Shown piece after piece: positions 10,126-20,719 of a DNA stretch of 64,000 nt (position 1 is the first letter of the stretch; each line of letters begins with the position of its first letter). Origin of the DNA: Giardia intestinalis (taxonomy: Eukaryota). The stretch lies in the NCBI GenBank assembly GCA_000002435.2, contig CM018790.1. One strand, 5' to 3'. The notes beneath the pieces are model-generated. The model worked only from the letters and a program-made list of their open reading frames with translations. It ran no database searches and was not told the origin of the DNA. The translations under genes and the position numbers were made by a program.

Positions 10126-11796
10126 ATGGACGAGTTTTTATCTCTACTGAGAAAGTCTTCTGACAAGATTTCCACAGTGTATGCCTCAGTTCTTCAATCT
10201 AAAAGCATAGCCGATTCCTTGTTTCAAGGTCTAGTCACAGCTAGCAGTAGTATTACCCCGTCGATGCTTGCTACTATCCTAAAATACCCTTTGTCTTACC
10301 CTCTAACAGATATTGACATGCTTTTCTGTGAATGCATCTCGGCACTAGTAGCACAGGATGCTTGCCGCGCCGAGCTTGTCTTTGTTACCCTACTATCCTT
10401 TGAAGACGTGGGAGCGACTGGCAGTACGCCTTTCTCTTGCAAGCATGCAAAGGTTGATGTTATTAAGCATATTCTCAGTGCCAATCCAACTGCAATTAAT
10501 GCTTTGGCGGCAGCCATTCAGGCCACTATTCCCAGCATCCATTGTATAAAGAGAGCTATACCGTGGCTCGACCTCATACTGTTATTAGAAACGAGTATTA
10601 GTGGGCTAGTGCATAGCACAGTTGAAGCGGCCATAAAGCTTCTTCTCCTTATAGACAGTCACATCGAGGCGTTCTCTGTGCCTGGCGGAGGCGCCGACGT
10701 TCAACCCACAGCGCCTCCTGAGGTTGCCCCATCCGAAGGCGGTGCGGTGGGAAGCTACATAAGTCCATCCTTTGGGTCTCACAAGAAGTTCACCGGGCCG
10801 AATCCAGGAAAGCAGGTAGCTTATGAAGAGCCACAAGAGCACTCCGAGGAGGACGCCGTCGAAGGCTGCTTTCTTGAGGATGCTGAATCAATAGATTTTT
10901 GTACAGATATAGTGGACCAGCTATTGGTTAGCTATTTTGAACACCTTCGGGCACTATGGAGTAGTGATTCCGGTGGTTATGTAAAGCGTTGTCAAAGTGC
11001 TATTATCCCGTGTTTTGCACGTCTGGGGATGTGTCTCCGAACCATCAGGTACACGCAGTTTGTTGTGTTCTATGCCGTGTCACTTGACCCCAGTCTCCCC
11101 GGTCTGCTGATAGAATACTTGATAAAGAGGAGCCTATTTGATTTAAGTGCATCCATCTCTACATACTTAGACTCGATGAATTACTTGGGGAGCTTCATTG
11201 CTCGCTTCTCTGGACTCACGCTCCCTCTTATGATTGGATCCATCAAGCTTCTCCTCCAATACGCGACCCACCTCGGGGCCGAACTAGATCCTGAGAATAT
11301 CCACGCTCTGGATCGAGCCATAGGTGTCTACAGAATTGCTGGGGAACTGTGCCTCGATATGGCCCAGAGAGGGTTCGCATATAAGGGCAAAGCTCAGGTT
11401 TCAACCAATCTTGTCCCAGGTGGTGTCATACGCTACCTTAGCGTAGTCCGAACACTGCTCTACGCCCTCTGCTTTGTTGCCGAGGACATAGCGCCTCAGG
11501 ATCTTGACATGGGGGCATTGTCAAGACTGCTACTCTCAGACCTATGCCCAATTGTCTACTTCTATGACATAGGTGTGCAGCTCTTGCACGTGATCCACAA
11601 GTGGGCATTTTTAGTGCCCAACGAGCTAGACAAGCTTCACGCCATTCTGGATTATGCCCAGAATGTAGATCTACCATACAATGTCATATCTTGCTTTTAT
11701 CCCTTTGAGCCATTGTGCTTACCGCGGAGTAGCAACCTTATTGCGCCATATTATCGAGACTATTGGGTACAGGAGGCAGACGATACAGTAGCGTGA
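10126..11796 (+). CDS. hypothetical protein (556 aa)
   Basis: Long clean ORF. ATG with an A-rich initiator (AAAAATTAGAAGATAAATGG). No recognisable domain. Confidence 0.5.
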   Translation: MDEFLSLLRKSSDKISTVYASVLQSKSIADSLFQGLVTASSSITPSMLATILKYPLSYPLTDIDMLFCECISALVAQDACRAELVFVTLLSFEDVGATGSTPFSCKHAKVDVIKHILSANPTAINALAAAIQATIPSIHCIKRAIPWLDLILLLETSISGLVHSTVEAAIKLLLLIDSHIEAFSVPGGGADVQPTAPPEVAPSEGGAVGSYISPSFGSHKKFTGPNPGKQVAYEEPQEHSEEDAVEGCFLEDAESIDFCTDIVDQLLVSYFEHLRALWSSDSGGYVKRCQSAIIPCFARLGMCLRTIRYTQFVVFYAVSLDPSLPGLLIEYLIKRSLFDLSASISTYLDSMNYLGSFIARFSGLTLPLMIGSIKLLLQYATHLGAELDPENIHALDRAIGVYRIAGELCLDMAQRGFAYKGKAQVSTNLVPGGVIRYLSVVRTLLYALCFVAEDIAPQDLDMGALSRLLLSDLCPIVYFYDIGVQLLHVIHKWAFLVPNELDKLHAILDYAQNVDLPYNVISCFYPFEPLCLPRSSNLIAPYYRDYWVQEADDTVA

Positions 11797-11903
11797 TTGG
11801 CTTGTAGCTCTGGAATAACAGCGTGCATCGACAGGGCAAAGCATTGGGCTCATTCCCAGTAGAAAGTAGAACTCTAAGAAAGTAAATTTCTTTTAGACAG
11901 ACG

Positions 11904-13343
11904 ATGGCTCTGTGGACTACACAGTTCGCTTTAAGCGCTGGTGACGAACATATGCGCGCATTGGAAGACAGGAATAAACACCTGCGGCAGAAACTGGCCG
12001 CTTTGCGACTCGAGTTGACATCGGCCAAGTCCATCAAAGACAAGCGGGAAAAGGATCTGAAGGCCGCCTACAAAAAACAAAAAGAGGCTTATGAGCAGAT
12101 GAAGCAAAAAGGGTGGTCAGCAGAGGCTGAGCTGAACGGCCAGCTTGCTGTCCTGGAGGCCAAGAAGGAGTCTCTCATTATGACAAAAGAGATTATGGAA
12201 CAAGAGTACCATGACCTTGACGACATCTGGAAAACTAACAAGGACTCGTTAGATGCACAACTGGCGTTTCTGCAAAGCAATCTCAAGGGCATGGCTACCG
12301 AGAAAGCCAACATGCGCTCGGTACTTCGGGACGCCAAGCACAAACTTAGGCATTACTTAAAGGAGTGCGAGGGTCTGCTAGATGCCCAGAAGGACCTTGA
12401 ACATTCCATTATCGAGGCACTTAGTCTTGCCCGCGCCTTTGTTGTTAGAAAGTTGGCTACCATTGTCCAGGACGATGTCGTGCTTGCTGAGCTGAAGGAT
12501 CACTACGAGAAGGAAGTCGCAGTGCTTTCCAGTCGTCCTGGACAAACTGCTACGGGTAAGTGCAGGACTTCTGATCTTGTCAGAAGCGAGCAAAAGACAA
12601 GCCCTGCTGATTTAGTTACTAGTACAGACAGATCCAAGAAAGCCAAGGAGGACTCGCGGCCCAAATCGGCAGTATCGTTTACTACCGTTAGTAATACAAG
12701 CCCAAGGAGTAAGGTATTGATAGAGGATCTGGCATGTGAACCGGCTGTGCCACCTGCGCCACTCACTCTCACTCCGGCTAATGCTAGAGCAGAAGCAGAA
12801 GACCAGACACCGGGAGATACAGATCCGCTAAGCACAACACTGCTAATTAGGAATGCTTTAGAGAAAGATAGTAGTGATTACTACCGTCGTCTTCTCAACG
12901 AGGATGCGATTAGAGAATTTTGTTTGACCAGTAAAGAGGAGCAATCTTCTACTAGTGCAGGATCATACATGAAAAAGCTTCTTCGTCCCTCAGTGCAGGA
13001 CTGCACAGAGTCGTATCCTGCAGACAAGCCAACGACATCCGGTCCCAGAGCTGCTTCGTCGTCCAAGAAGGCCAAGAGAAGCTCCTCCTTGAAACGCCGT
13101 GCCCAGCAGATCAAGAAGCACAACAAGCAATATCTAGACCAGATGGCTCTGATAGATATCCTTACGGAGCAAAGGAAGACCCTTCAAGACAAGCTCATCA
13201 ACATCACAAACATCCGGGGAGGAACATACACCAAGGCGTCGACGATAATGATGATCCGCAAGCAAATCGGAGAGCTCACAACAGAGATAGAAGGGCTAAT
13301 CCAGACCCTTCCAAACATCTCCCCCGTCCCCAAGACGACCTGA
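11904..13343 (+). CDS. hypothetical coiled-coil protein (479 aa)
   Basis: Heptad-rich, charged N-terminal half (LRQKLAALRLELTSAKSIKDKREKDLKAAYKKQKEAYEQMKQ), a Ser/Pro-rich middle, and a basic C-terminal region. ATG start. Confidence 0.5.
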   Translation: MALWTTQFALSAGDEHMRALEDRNKHLRQKLAALRLELTSAKSIKDKREKDLKAAYKKQKEAYEQMKQKGWSAEAELNGQLAVLEAKKESLIMTKEIMEQEYHDLDDIWKTNKDSLDAQLAFLQSNLKGMATEKANMRSVLRDAKHKLRHYLKECEGLLDAQKDLEHSIIEALSLARAFVVRKLATIVQDDVVLAELKDHYEKEVAVLSSRPGQTATGKCRTSDLVRSEQKTSPADLVTSTDRSKKAKEDSRPKSAVSFTTVSNTSPRSKVLIEDLACEPAVPPAPLTLTPANARAEAEDQTPGDTDPLSTTLLIRNALEKDSSDYYRRLLNEDAIREFCLTSKEEQSSTSAGSYMKKLLRPSVQDCTESYPADKPTTSGPRAASSSKKAKRSSSLKRRAQQIKKHNKQYLDQMALIDILTEQRKTLQDKLINITNIRGGTYTKASTIMMIRKQIGELTTEIEGLIQTLPNISPVPKTT

Positions 13344-13383
13344 CCGGCAGAAATTCGTTTACTCTGACTCTCTGTTGAGGAGG

Positions 13384-13968
13384 CTACACAGAGGGAGTCT
13401 TTGCTTTGCGGTCTACATACATTCTGAAGTCAGGCGGTATCTCGTCTTCCTCGTACAAGGAATCTGCGAAGTAGATGCGACGGATACGGCAGTTTGCATG
13501 CACAGTCATTCTTGTCGTTTCGATGTAATTTGTACGGTACGCTCTGGCTGTGAAGTCGGTGAGGTTGAACTGTATTTGGTTAAAGCCCGGGCCAAGGCAC
13601 AAGGGCATAGTGCAGATGAACGGCTTGACACGCGTAGTTCTCTGGTAGTTACTTGCTCGGAAGCGTCGCTTGATGTTCTTGTCGTCAAGGATCTGCACCT
13701 CGAAGCTAAAATACTTTCTCATGTTCTTTATAAGCATAACAAGGTAGGGCAGCTTAATTGCGAGTGTATCATTGGGGTCTGCAGGGCACGTTATGTAGTT
13801 TGTTGCCACATTGGTCCCCATGATTTCCAGAACGCACGACTGTATGTCTGGGTCTGTAATGCGCTTTATGTGGCCATTCTTGACTGTCTTTGACCAGATC
13901 TGCAGCGGCTTTGATCCAACTGCATATAATATAGAGAGGAACCCGGATTGGTATGTGTTGCGAAACAT
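13384..13968 (-). CDS. CFAP20: CFAP20 / BUG22 (flagellar-associated protein 20, DUF667), 194 aa
   Basis: Almost collinear with metazoan CFAP20 from memory: [39 protein letters not shown]...[22 protein letters not shown]...[34 protein letters not shown]...NQIQFNL...TNYIET...[14 protein letters not shown] start. Confidence 0.85.
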   Translation of the reverse strand: MFRNTYQSGFLSILYAVGSKPLQIWSKTVKNGHIKRITDPDIQSCVLEIMGTNVATNYITCPADPNDTLAIKLPYLVMLIKNMRKYFSFEVQILDDKNIKRRFRASNYQRTTRVKPFICTMPLCLGPGFNQIQFNLTDFTARAYRTNYIETTRMTVHANCRIRRIYFADSLYEEDEIPPDFRMYVDRKAKTPSV

Positions 13969-14165
13969 CTCGCGGGCTTTGGTTTTTTTCCGTCCTCAGC
14001 TTTTGTGTTTTGAGACTTCAGCTTGGCTTCGCAATTTTTATTGAAACTTGCAATTAATATTGAATTATAGTTAAATTTCCATTGAGCTGGCCACCGAAAT
14101 CCCCAAGCCAGCGCCAGGCCCTTGTAGGATTTTGTTTGCTGGAATCCCTTCTGGAGCGGCACCTT

Positions 14166-17100
14166 ATGCTTCTAGATAGCTTCCAGTTCCATGCTCACAT
14201 GAAAGGGTTTCCTAATGTTGCTGTAGCCTTTAGGTTAGATGTTGACGCATTAGCAAGCGTTGCCCTGCTCCGGCTGTTTTTTCGTATGCACCATATACCC
14301 TTTTCAGTCTACCCAACCTATACAGATTTCCATCTCTTGAGCCTTCTGAAAACGTTATCCCAGATGACGTCCCTTAAAGCAGAGCCAAATGATCGAGTGG
14401 TAATGTTAGTCAATGCAGGTGCAACGCAAGACTTGACCCAGTACGAAAGTCTACGTATCTATGTAATTGATTATTTTCGGCCCGCATCTTTAGCCAACGT
14501 GGCGTCTCAGCATGTCTTCCTGTTTGACGAAGGGCTAATATTAGGTAGTTTACTTTTATCTTTTTTTCCGCAAAAGGCAACCCGGATACTCCACGAGGCA
14601 ATGCTGTCTATTCGTCTAAATAAAGCCAGAGAAGGTGAGAATGCGCCCCATTCACAGAAGGATGAGGAGGACTCAACTAACACAATTGACACAAAATCAT
14701 ATCGGAGAGTCAGACGAGAGGATAAAGAGCGGGAACAGCCTGATCATGTTTACCCTGCCCAGGATCAGAGCCTATCGGACGATCAGGACACTGAGACGAG
14801 TGAGAGCACAGACGCTCCGCAGCATCATCCATTCGATGGCTCTGATACTGATTTCATTAACGTTCCAGCGGCACCTTCTCAATCTGGCAAACTGGGTTTG
14901 CTCCTGGATGACCCAATCGATCAGGACATCTCACCCCATGGTGAACCAGAATATTCTGATAGCGTAAACAAGGAGTCCACCGAAGAAAGTGTCCATTCCT
15001 CTCTTCAAGATGGGGTCCAGCTGTCGTTCGTTTCAGATGACACTCACCTCACTGATGTGTCAATGGGAGCAACACACCGACAGGTTGATGTCCTGCTCAA
15101 GGAGGCTGAGCTCCATAGTCACGAATCCAGGCGTCACCTTAGTACCTCCTTCAACGCACAAGCACACCCCTTTAAGTATTCAGACATGACGAGACAAAGC
15201 GAATCACAAGGAGATAGTGTGCAGGATGATAGGCAGGATGCTGTCGCAGCGGCCTTCGCTCTTTTGCAAGAGAAAGCCGCATCTACGAGCTCCATAACAG
15301 AACTGGCTACTTTGCAAGTCCTCTATTGCAAGCTGTCTGCAGAAGATTTTACCCACATATACAGGGTTCTCTCCAGTACTATTTCTCATCCTAGCTCGGC
15401 ACAGGTGGCTATGACAGCTGAGTACATGAAGCTGCGGGCGATAGCTTCCCCTTCGGCAATTTTGCTTTATAATATTCTCTCTGAAGAGGCGAAGACAGGC
15501 CTGTTTATGAACAGATCGTTGATGGTCTCTATTCAGTGGCATGCGATGACGGGGGCGGCTGGGGCGTTTGTCATGCAACGTTGTTCTCTGAACGCTGTCA
15601 AGGACTTGCTAACCTCATGCATGAATACGCTTCAGCTTAAAGAGAAGCATTTTACCAGTACACTCAGTGTGTCTCAGTATACCGCGGGGGCGAAGAACTT
15701 GAGCTTGGAGGAGGTCATCGCCAATTCTCAGCGAAATGGCTCGCTGGATATGCATGCCAATGCTCCGAAATTTACGACCTATTCGGATCCAGAGCCGAGT
15801 GTAGGCTCTGTAGTAGGCTCTGCTGTGGGCAACGAAGATTCGCTGCACTCAATACTGAGCCAGAGCAGCAGACTAAGCAGTCTTCTTAACACTAACGACA
15901 CTGGACCTGCTTTTACAAAATCCATGCAAACATCGCTACCACTCCATGATCCTCTCCCCTACGTAGTTGTTAATGATCCGTTCTTGTACTGCCTGCGCAT
16001 GACATCTTTATACAATGCACTATGCTTCACTAACAGCAGTCTCCTTCGCGCGGTCTTCGACAGTTATGTGAGCAATCGAAAGTCTCTTCAGACAGCGACG
16101 ACTGCAAATATGGTCAGCTTCTTCTGCAATATCAATGGGTTTGGTCCAGATCTCTATCAGAAGAGCTGGTCTGAGCAGGACAACAACGCTCGTTTCTTTA
16201 TTCTTTCCCAGTACACAGCCAGTATCAGAAAGACAAGTGCTCCTTGGAGATCTATTCCCTTCGTGCCAAATATGGTTTATACCACAGAAACAAATGTGGA
16301 GATCAGTGCTTTTGATATGGCGTATCTTCTTGAGGGCTTGATGATGCTTTTGCCTCCCAGCCATACCCGTAAACCTGACAGGGCGGAGCCTGAGGATAAT
16401 AATGGTAACACGCAGGTGCCTCTGGTTGTGTGCGACGATCTAACGCACGCACAATTATTAACGATGATGTACAAATGCGCCTTTGCAGGTCCTGACGAGA
16501 TTCTAGAGTTGTCTACCACCCGCAGATTTGCTACCATTTTCCAGCGGATCCTTGATACTCGCTCAGAAATCCTTCAACATGCGCAGAAATCATATCTGTT
16601 CTATCGGCAGCGTTATAGAAAGATCGACCCCATCCCAGGAGTCCACGTTTCAGAGCTACCAGTGGCCAGCCTAAGCCACTCGCTTCTGTATTTTAGTAAG
16701 GTCGTTGCAGAGTTTCGGCTACTCTGCGTGCACCGGCATCTTCAGAGCCTTTCGCGCTCTCCAATTAGCTTTAGATTTAGGTATGGACATAAAGATTTGC
16801 AAGTGATTCTGCCGTCTGTATCCTCGCGAGACGCTGGTAGATGGAGAAGGTACACCCATATTTCACCGAAGCAAAGCTTTGAGGATACATTACAGCGGCA
16901 GAGCGTAATCCTGGTCTTCAAGGGGCCAGACTATGCCCTAGCGTCTGGGGCAAGTGCACGTTTGAGCCTCTTCGATGCGTGGTTGGCTAATAGCCTGCCG
17001 CCCATAAGAGAAATTCTTACCAAGAAGGGTGTCTTTACGGAAAGCTGTGTTGAACACGATGCCTCTGTGGTGACTGTGCCATTGCAAATGACATTTACCA

Positions 17101-17297
17101 TATTACCAGTCATCAAGGGATTTATGGCAGCAAACTTAGAAGCAGAAAATGCGCAGATAAAGAAGATAATCGATCAAAAGGAGAGCTCAAAGCATGAAAA
17201 GCATAAGCAAGGAGTGGATGCAGATAACGAGGATGAGCAGGCTAAGCAAGAAAGCGAAGCTGACGACATCTGTGTCGATGAGGGTGTTAGTAAATAG
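14166..17297 (+). CDS. CDC45: CDC45-like DNA replication protein with a large acidic/Ser-rich insertion (about 1043 aa from the first ATG)
   Basis: The N-terminus from the first true ATG, MLLDSFQFHAHMKGFPNVAVAFRLDVDALASVALL, parallels the CDC45 N-terminus (MFVSDF...RVLLFVASDVDALCACKIL). VVMLVNAGATQD...LRIYVIDYFRPASLANV...VFLFDEG parallels the DHH-like block (FILINCGANVD...FVCDTHRP). An acidic D/E/S-rich linker follows, as in CDC45. The ORF-track start at 14082 is a TTG. AGTAAA overlaps the TAG stop. Confidence 0.55.
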   Translation: MLLDSFQFHAHMKGFPNVAVAFRLDVDALASVALLRLFFRMHHIPFSVYPTYTDFHLLSLLKTLSQMTSLKAEPNDRVVMLVNAGATQDLTQYESLRIYVIDYFRPASLANVASQHVFLFDEGLILGSLLLSFFPQKATRILHEAMLSIRLNKAREGENAPHSQKDEEDSTNTIDTKSYRRVRREDKEREQPDHVYPAQDQSLSDDQDTETSESTDAPQHHPFDGSDTDFINVPAAPSQSGKLGLLLDDPIDQDISPHGEPEYSDSVNKESTEESVHSSLQDGVQLSFVSDDTHLTDVSMGATHRQVDVLLKEAELHSHESRRHLSTSFNAQAHPFKYSDMTRQSESQGDSVQDDRQDAVAAAFALLQEKAASTSSITELATLQVLYCKLSAEDFTHIYRVLSSTISHPSSAQVAMTAEYMKLRAIASPSAILLYNILSEEAKTGLFMNRSLMVSIQWHAMTGAAGAFVMQRCSLNAVKDLLTSCMNTLQLKEKHFTSTLSVSQYTAGAKNLSLEEVIANSQRNGSLDMHANAPKFTTYSDPEPSVGSVVGSAVGNEDSLHSILSQSSRLSSLLNTNDTGPAFTKSMQTSLPLHDPLPYVVVNDPFLYCLRMTSLYNALCFTNSSLLRAVFDSYVSNRKSLQTATTANMVSFFCNINGFGPDLYQKSWSEQDNNARFFILSQYTASIRKTSAPWRSIPFVPNMVYTTETNVEISAFDMAYLLEGLMMLLPPSHTRKPDRAEPEDNNGNTQVPLVVCDDLTHAQLLTMMYKCAFAGPDEILELSTTRRFATIFQRILDTRSEILQHAQKSYLFYRQRYRKIDPIPGVHVSELPVASLSHSLLYFSKVVAEFRLLCVHRHLQSLSRSPISFRFRYGHKDLQVILPSVSSRDAGRWRRYTHISPKQSFEDTLQRQSVILVFKGPDYALASGASARLSLFDAWLANSLPPIREILTKKGVFTESCVEHDASVVTVPLQMTFTILPVIKGFMAANLEAENAQIKKIIDQKESSKHEKHKQGVDADNEDEQAKQESEADDICVDEGVSK

Positions 17298-17310
17298 TCT
17301 AGGCAAAAAA

Positions 17311-17856
17311 ATGTTGACACGCCTTCGGCTGGAGGCAGCTTCCTTTGCTCGGAGAGTTGAGCAGAAATTCAATCTGGCTCAGAAACAAGAGGAGCTGCGT
17401 GCGGCCCGCCAGCGGGAGTTCATTCTGTATGAATTCTACTGCCTGTTAACTCAAAGGGAGAGCTTCAACAAGCTTCTGTCTGGTGTAGTGCAGCAGCAGT
17501 ATGACCATAGTCAGGAGTCTCAATTCGGCCTGGGGGAGCTCGCACTCCCTACGGGGACAGACATCAACCCAATGCCTATCTTCCGCTTCAAGGCCCTTCT
17601 TTCACAGTTGGAAAGAGCAACATCTAGAGAAGATATTCGTAAAGTCTTCAAGCAAGCCAACGAACGATCGCTCTTCTGTGGTGCAGAGCATGTCAGGGAA
17701 ATCCTTATTTTGATGGATCGCAAGGATCTGCGAGAGGAGGTATGGAGGATATGCGCCCCATACATTCCCGAAAAAGAATGCCTCTCTCGCGTTATTGAAA
17801 TCCTTCCTGTGAGTGAGCAGCGCTCTCTAAAAAACATATATTGGCCTCCACGATAG
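17311..17856 (+). CDS. hypothetical protein (about 181 aa; the upstream 17194 start overlaps the CDC45-like 3' end)
   Basis: The ORF 17194..17856 has an in-frame ATG at 17311 preceded by GGCAAAAAAATG, which avoids overlap with the upstream gene. No recognisable domain. Confidence 0.4.
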   Translation: MLTRLRLEAASFARRVEQKFNLAQKQEELRAARQREFILYEFYCLLTQRESFNKLLSGVVQQQYDHSQESQFGLGELALPTGTDINPMPIFRFKALLSQLERATSREDIRKVFKQANERSLFCGAEHVREILILMDRKDLREEVWRICAPYIPEKECLSRVIEILPVSEQRSLKNIYWPPR

Positions 17857-17857
17857 G

Positions 17858-18541
17858 ATGTCCAGCAGACTTCAAGTGTATCAACTACTGAGCCACTACA
17901 TTCAGGAACATAGCAGTGCAGTACACTTACTATCGTTCCATGCCTCCTGCTACCATCTCTGGGTTTCGACTTTTTGTTGTATCAAACGGGGCTGTGCTTC
18001 TCAAGTGGGAACGATTATTTGGTTTCTTCTTTATGTGCTCCCGTGGGCACTGGCTGCTATGAATCCATCCCGATGGGCGCAGATTGTCCTTAGTAGCGCA
18101 ATATATTCAGCCGTAATTCCTCACTTTATTTGGGCAATTATGCAAGTTGTGCGCATCTCCAGGATGCACGGCAGGCGAGCACTACTTAAGTCTGCTGCTA
18201 TCAATGGTTTACTAACCATTCTGCTTCTATTTAATCCGACGATTCCTTTTAAGCCAGACTATGGACTAGCCATTCAGAGAGCCTTCCCCCTCGTACCCTT
18301 TAGAAACGCACTTCTCCCCATAACACTTCCGGGTGCGCTCCCCTTGGAGATGCCTCTCTACGTCCACATCTCTTACATTTTGATAGGAGGAATAGTCATT
18401 CCCGTGATGGTTCACATTTACTTGCTATATTTAGTGGCATTTGTCATTGCTATCTATAGACTTTGCTGTTCGTGCACTGCCAAAAAACCAGGAGATCAGG
18501 ATGCACCGATCAAGAGCTGTGTTGATACTGATGTAGATTGA
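17858..18541 (+). CDS. hypothetical multi-pass membrane protein (227 aa)
   Basis: Several hydrophobic helices (IIWFLLYVLPWALAA, IVLSSAIYSAVIPHFIWAI, ILIGGIVIPVMVHIYLLYLVAFVIAIY). The ATG is 1 nt after the preceding stop. Confidence 0.5.
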   Translation: MSSRLQVYQLLSHYIQEHSSAVHLLSFHASCYHLWVSTFCCIKRGCASQVGTIIWFLLYVLPWALAAMNPSRWAQIVLSSAIYSAVIPHFIWAIMQVVRISRMHGRRALLKSAAINGLLTILLLFNPTIPFKPDYGLAIQRAFPLVPFRNALLPITLPGALPLEMPLYVHISYILIGGIVIPVMVHIYLLYLVAFVIAIYRLCCSCTAKKPGDQDAPIKSCVDTDVD

Positions 18542-18571
18542 ACAATTGGACGGGGACTAAGGTTGTAGGCG

Positions 18572-20719
18572 TCATTTGCGAAGAAGCAGTCGTAATAAGT
18601 AAATTACTGTCAGAATTCCAACGCTATTGACTGCAAGCAGAACAGGAAAGAAGTACTGCACAGAGCAGCGGGATCTAGATGTTCTTCGATGTCCAGGTGC
18701 CCGGTCTCTGCAGTGTCCGTAGTGCTTGTGTCGTTTACCGATGTGCAACTGACGTTCGCGCTTACCCAAGTTGAAGGTACTTGGCACCAAAGGTCTCAGA
18801 GTGCTATAGAGGACATCGACCTCAACCAGCTCTGGTGTGGCCTCCTTATTGATGTCATCAGCCTTAGAAGCCCTGTGACTGAATCTTTTTCTTAGCGGCC
18901 GGCTACTGTTCTCTTCGCTGTCTTGAATTCCCCTCAAGCTGCTACTCGAGGGAGAATTAGTCATGACTGGTAAACAGGCTGAAGGCTCTGTGATTATTGT
19001 GTGCTGATCCAGAGGGTAGCCAGCGTTCTCCTTCCTAGGCTTCTGTGCAGATGACGTGGCATGCATCCCCTTGCAGTGTGAGTAGAGCTGAATAGCATTT
19101 TTCAGGGTACCACCACAAGAAGAGTTGAAGACAGGGGTGTTGCTGGATGCCGGCACGGAAGTGTTATAGGCACGGAGACGCTGGGAGAAGCAGAAGGAAG
19201 CAACCGCGGAGGCAGACGGTCGAACGCTGGGATCGGGGCTACACATGATAGCAAAGAGGTCGCAAAGCTCTGCACTATAAATGCTCCGCAGCTTACTGAT
19301 GCTTTCCAAAAGGTCCTGCTGATGCTTGTAGGAGTTGATGTAATCATCGTAAGCTACACCAGTACCGAAGTCAGTAGTAGCTGCGGCAAACTCTTCATAG
19401 TTAAAAAGGAGAACGAGGAATGAAATTCCCAGTGAGTAGATGTCTGTTGCTTGCGTCGATTTTGGCTTTGTGGGAACAAACTCTGGAAAGGACTTGTCTC
19501 TGATAATGAAGTTTCGATCAAGGTCTGGAGAGTCCTCTCCGTTCATGCTGTCGCCGCCACTCGCGTCGTTACTTGCATGTTCAGTGGCTTGTAGCGTACC
19601 GGAGATGGCACAGTAAAGCTCAGGCGCCAGGTACAGCTCTGTTCCCGCACTGGCGCCGTCTCCAACTTGTCCGAAATCTGCTATTCGAACACGGAGGCCC
19701 TCTACTCCTACACGCCGTATGTACTGAAGTTGTCGACAGTGTTCTCGAAGCGATTCGTCAGTGTGGAACTGGCGCTGTTTGTATCGAAGCTCCTGCCTCT
19801 GCTTCGTGGTGAGAGCATCTGGGAAGTCGGCAGGATCGTTGTATATGCACGAGATATACCCCTTTGGGTCATCATCTGGGACATCGCCGTCAAGAAGCAT
19901 GTTGCCAAGCTTCACGTCACGGCTAAGAAAGCCTATGGCATGGAGATGCGCCAGCCCAGACGCTGCCTGAAAGAGGAGAAAAAGCACTTCTTCCTCAGTC
20001 ATTTGCCTGTTGAACACCGATCTGCGCAAATTAAGAAGGGAACCACCCTTGCAGTAATTGAGTAAGATGAAGAGATGAAGCGTCTCTTCCGTTGCGTTGA
20101 GTGCAGTCCGATATCTTTCGGCCCAACAGTGGTGGTACTGGACTATGTTTTGATGCCGAAGTTTCTCCAGGACAGTCACCTCAGAGAGCGCCTTAAGCAG
20201 CCATGGTCGCGACGCTCCAACAGATATGATCTTGATGGCGTACACACCCAGCTCTACAGCATTGAGTTGGTGGCGCACACGGTAAACTGTGCCAAAGCTT
20301 CCTGAGCCTATGCACCCAAGCTGCCTAAAGAAATGTTTATAGTAGCTTCTGCGTGAGCTTTCAACCGCTGTTTGCAGAAGCTTAAAGTAAAGCTGAGCTA
20401 GCATGTAGGGTCGCTGACAGGTGGGGCAAACTGGGACGTCAATAAGTCTCTGCACATATGTCTTGGGGATCTTATCGGACCTGGTGAAGGGTGTGTGCTT
20501 GCGAACCTCTGATAAGAGAGTGTTTTTGGTACTATCTGTAGTGTTCGAGACACTGGGAGACTGGTCAGTGTCAGAACGCGCGGTCAGACTGAGGGCATTC
20601 CTGATGTCTGTCGATGTCATGCCCTGGGCCCCCGTAGTAAACTGCGCCAGCTCGTCATTGCTTTCTTCTGTGACCAGTAGTGCAGACATGCCTTGCTTGC
20701 TCCCCTTTAACGATCTCAT
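18572..20719 (-). CDS. Wee1-like protein kinase with long N- and C-terminal extensions
   Basis: Kinase core: IGSGSFGTVYRV...YAIK (VAIK-type Lys)...LSEVTVLEKLRHQNIVQYHHCWAE...NYCKGGSL (the Wee1-type EYCNGGSL motif)...HLHAIGFLSRDVKLGNMLL, then an insert of about 65 aa before IADFGQ, then LAPELY. An insert between the catalytic loop and DFG is a Wee1 hallmark. The ORF-track start at 20731 is a GTG; the first ATG is at 20719. Confidence 0.55.
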   Translation of the reverse strand: MRSLKGSKQGMSALLVTEESNDELAQFTTGAQGMTSTDIRNALSLTARSDTDQSPSVSNTTDSTKNTLLSEVRKHTPFTRSDKIPKTYVQRLIDVPVCPTCQRPYMLAQLYFKLLQTAVESSRRSYYKHFFRQLGCIGSGSFGTVYRVRHQLNAVELGVYAIKIISVGASRPWLLKALSEVTVLEKLRHQNIVQYHHCWAERYRTALNATEETLHLFILLNYCKGGSLLNLRRSVFNRQMTEEEVLFLLFQAASGLAHLHAIGFLSRDVKLGNMLLDGDVPDDDPKGYISCIYNDPADFPDALTTKQRQELRYKQRQFHTDESLREHCRQLQYIRRVGVEGLRVRIADFGQVGDGASAGTELYLAPELYCAISGTLQATEHASNDASGGDSMNGEDSPDLDRNFIIRDKSFPEFVPTKPKSTQATDIYSLGISFLVLLFNYEEFAAATTDFGTGVAYDDYINSYKHQQDLLESISKLRSIYSAELCDLFAIMCSPDPSVRPSASAVASFCFSQRLRAYNTSVPASSNTPVFNSSCGGTLKNAIQLYSHCKGMHATSSAQKPRKENAGYPLDQHTIITEPSACLPVMTNSPSSSSLRGIQDSEENSSRPLRKRFSHRASKADDINKEATPELVEVDVLYSTLRPLVPSTFNLGKRERQLHIGKRHKHYGHCRDRAPGHRRTSRSRCSVQYFFPVLLAVNSVGILTVIYLLRLLLRK

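Noticed and set aside
14082-14165. ORF-track N-termini at 14082, 2217, 20731, 25459, 32987, 42671, 42666, 50372, 56334, 56863 and 28569
   Set aside because: Each 'M' in the track is a TTG, GTG or CTG codon, from a bacterial start-codon table. This is a eukaryote, so I trimmed to the first in-frame ATG. In several cases, notably the CDC45-like N-terminus, the Dim1 length, the VSP signal peptide and the AT-rich initiators, the trimmed start is independently supported.
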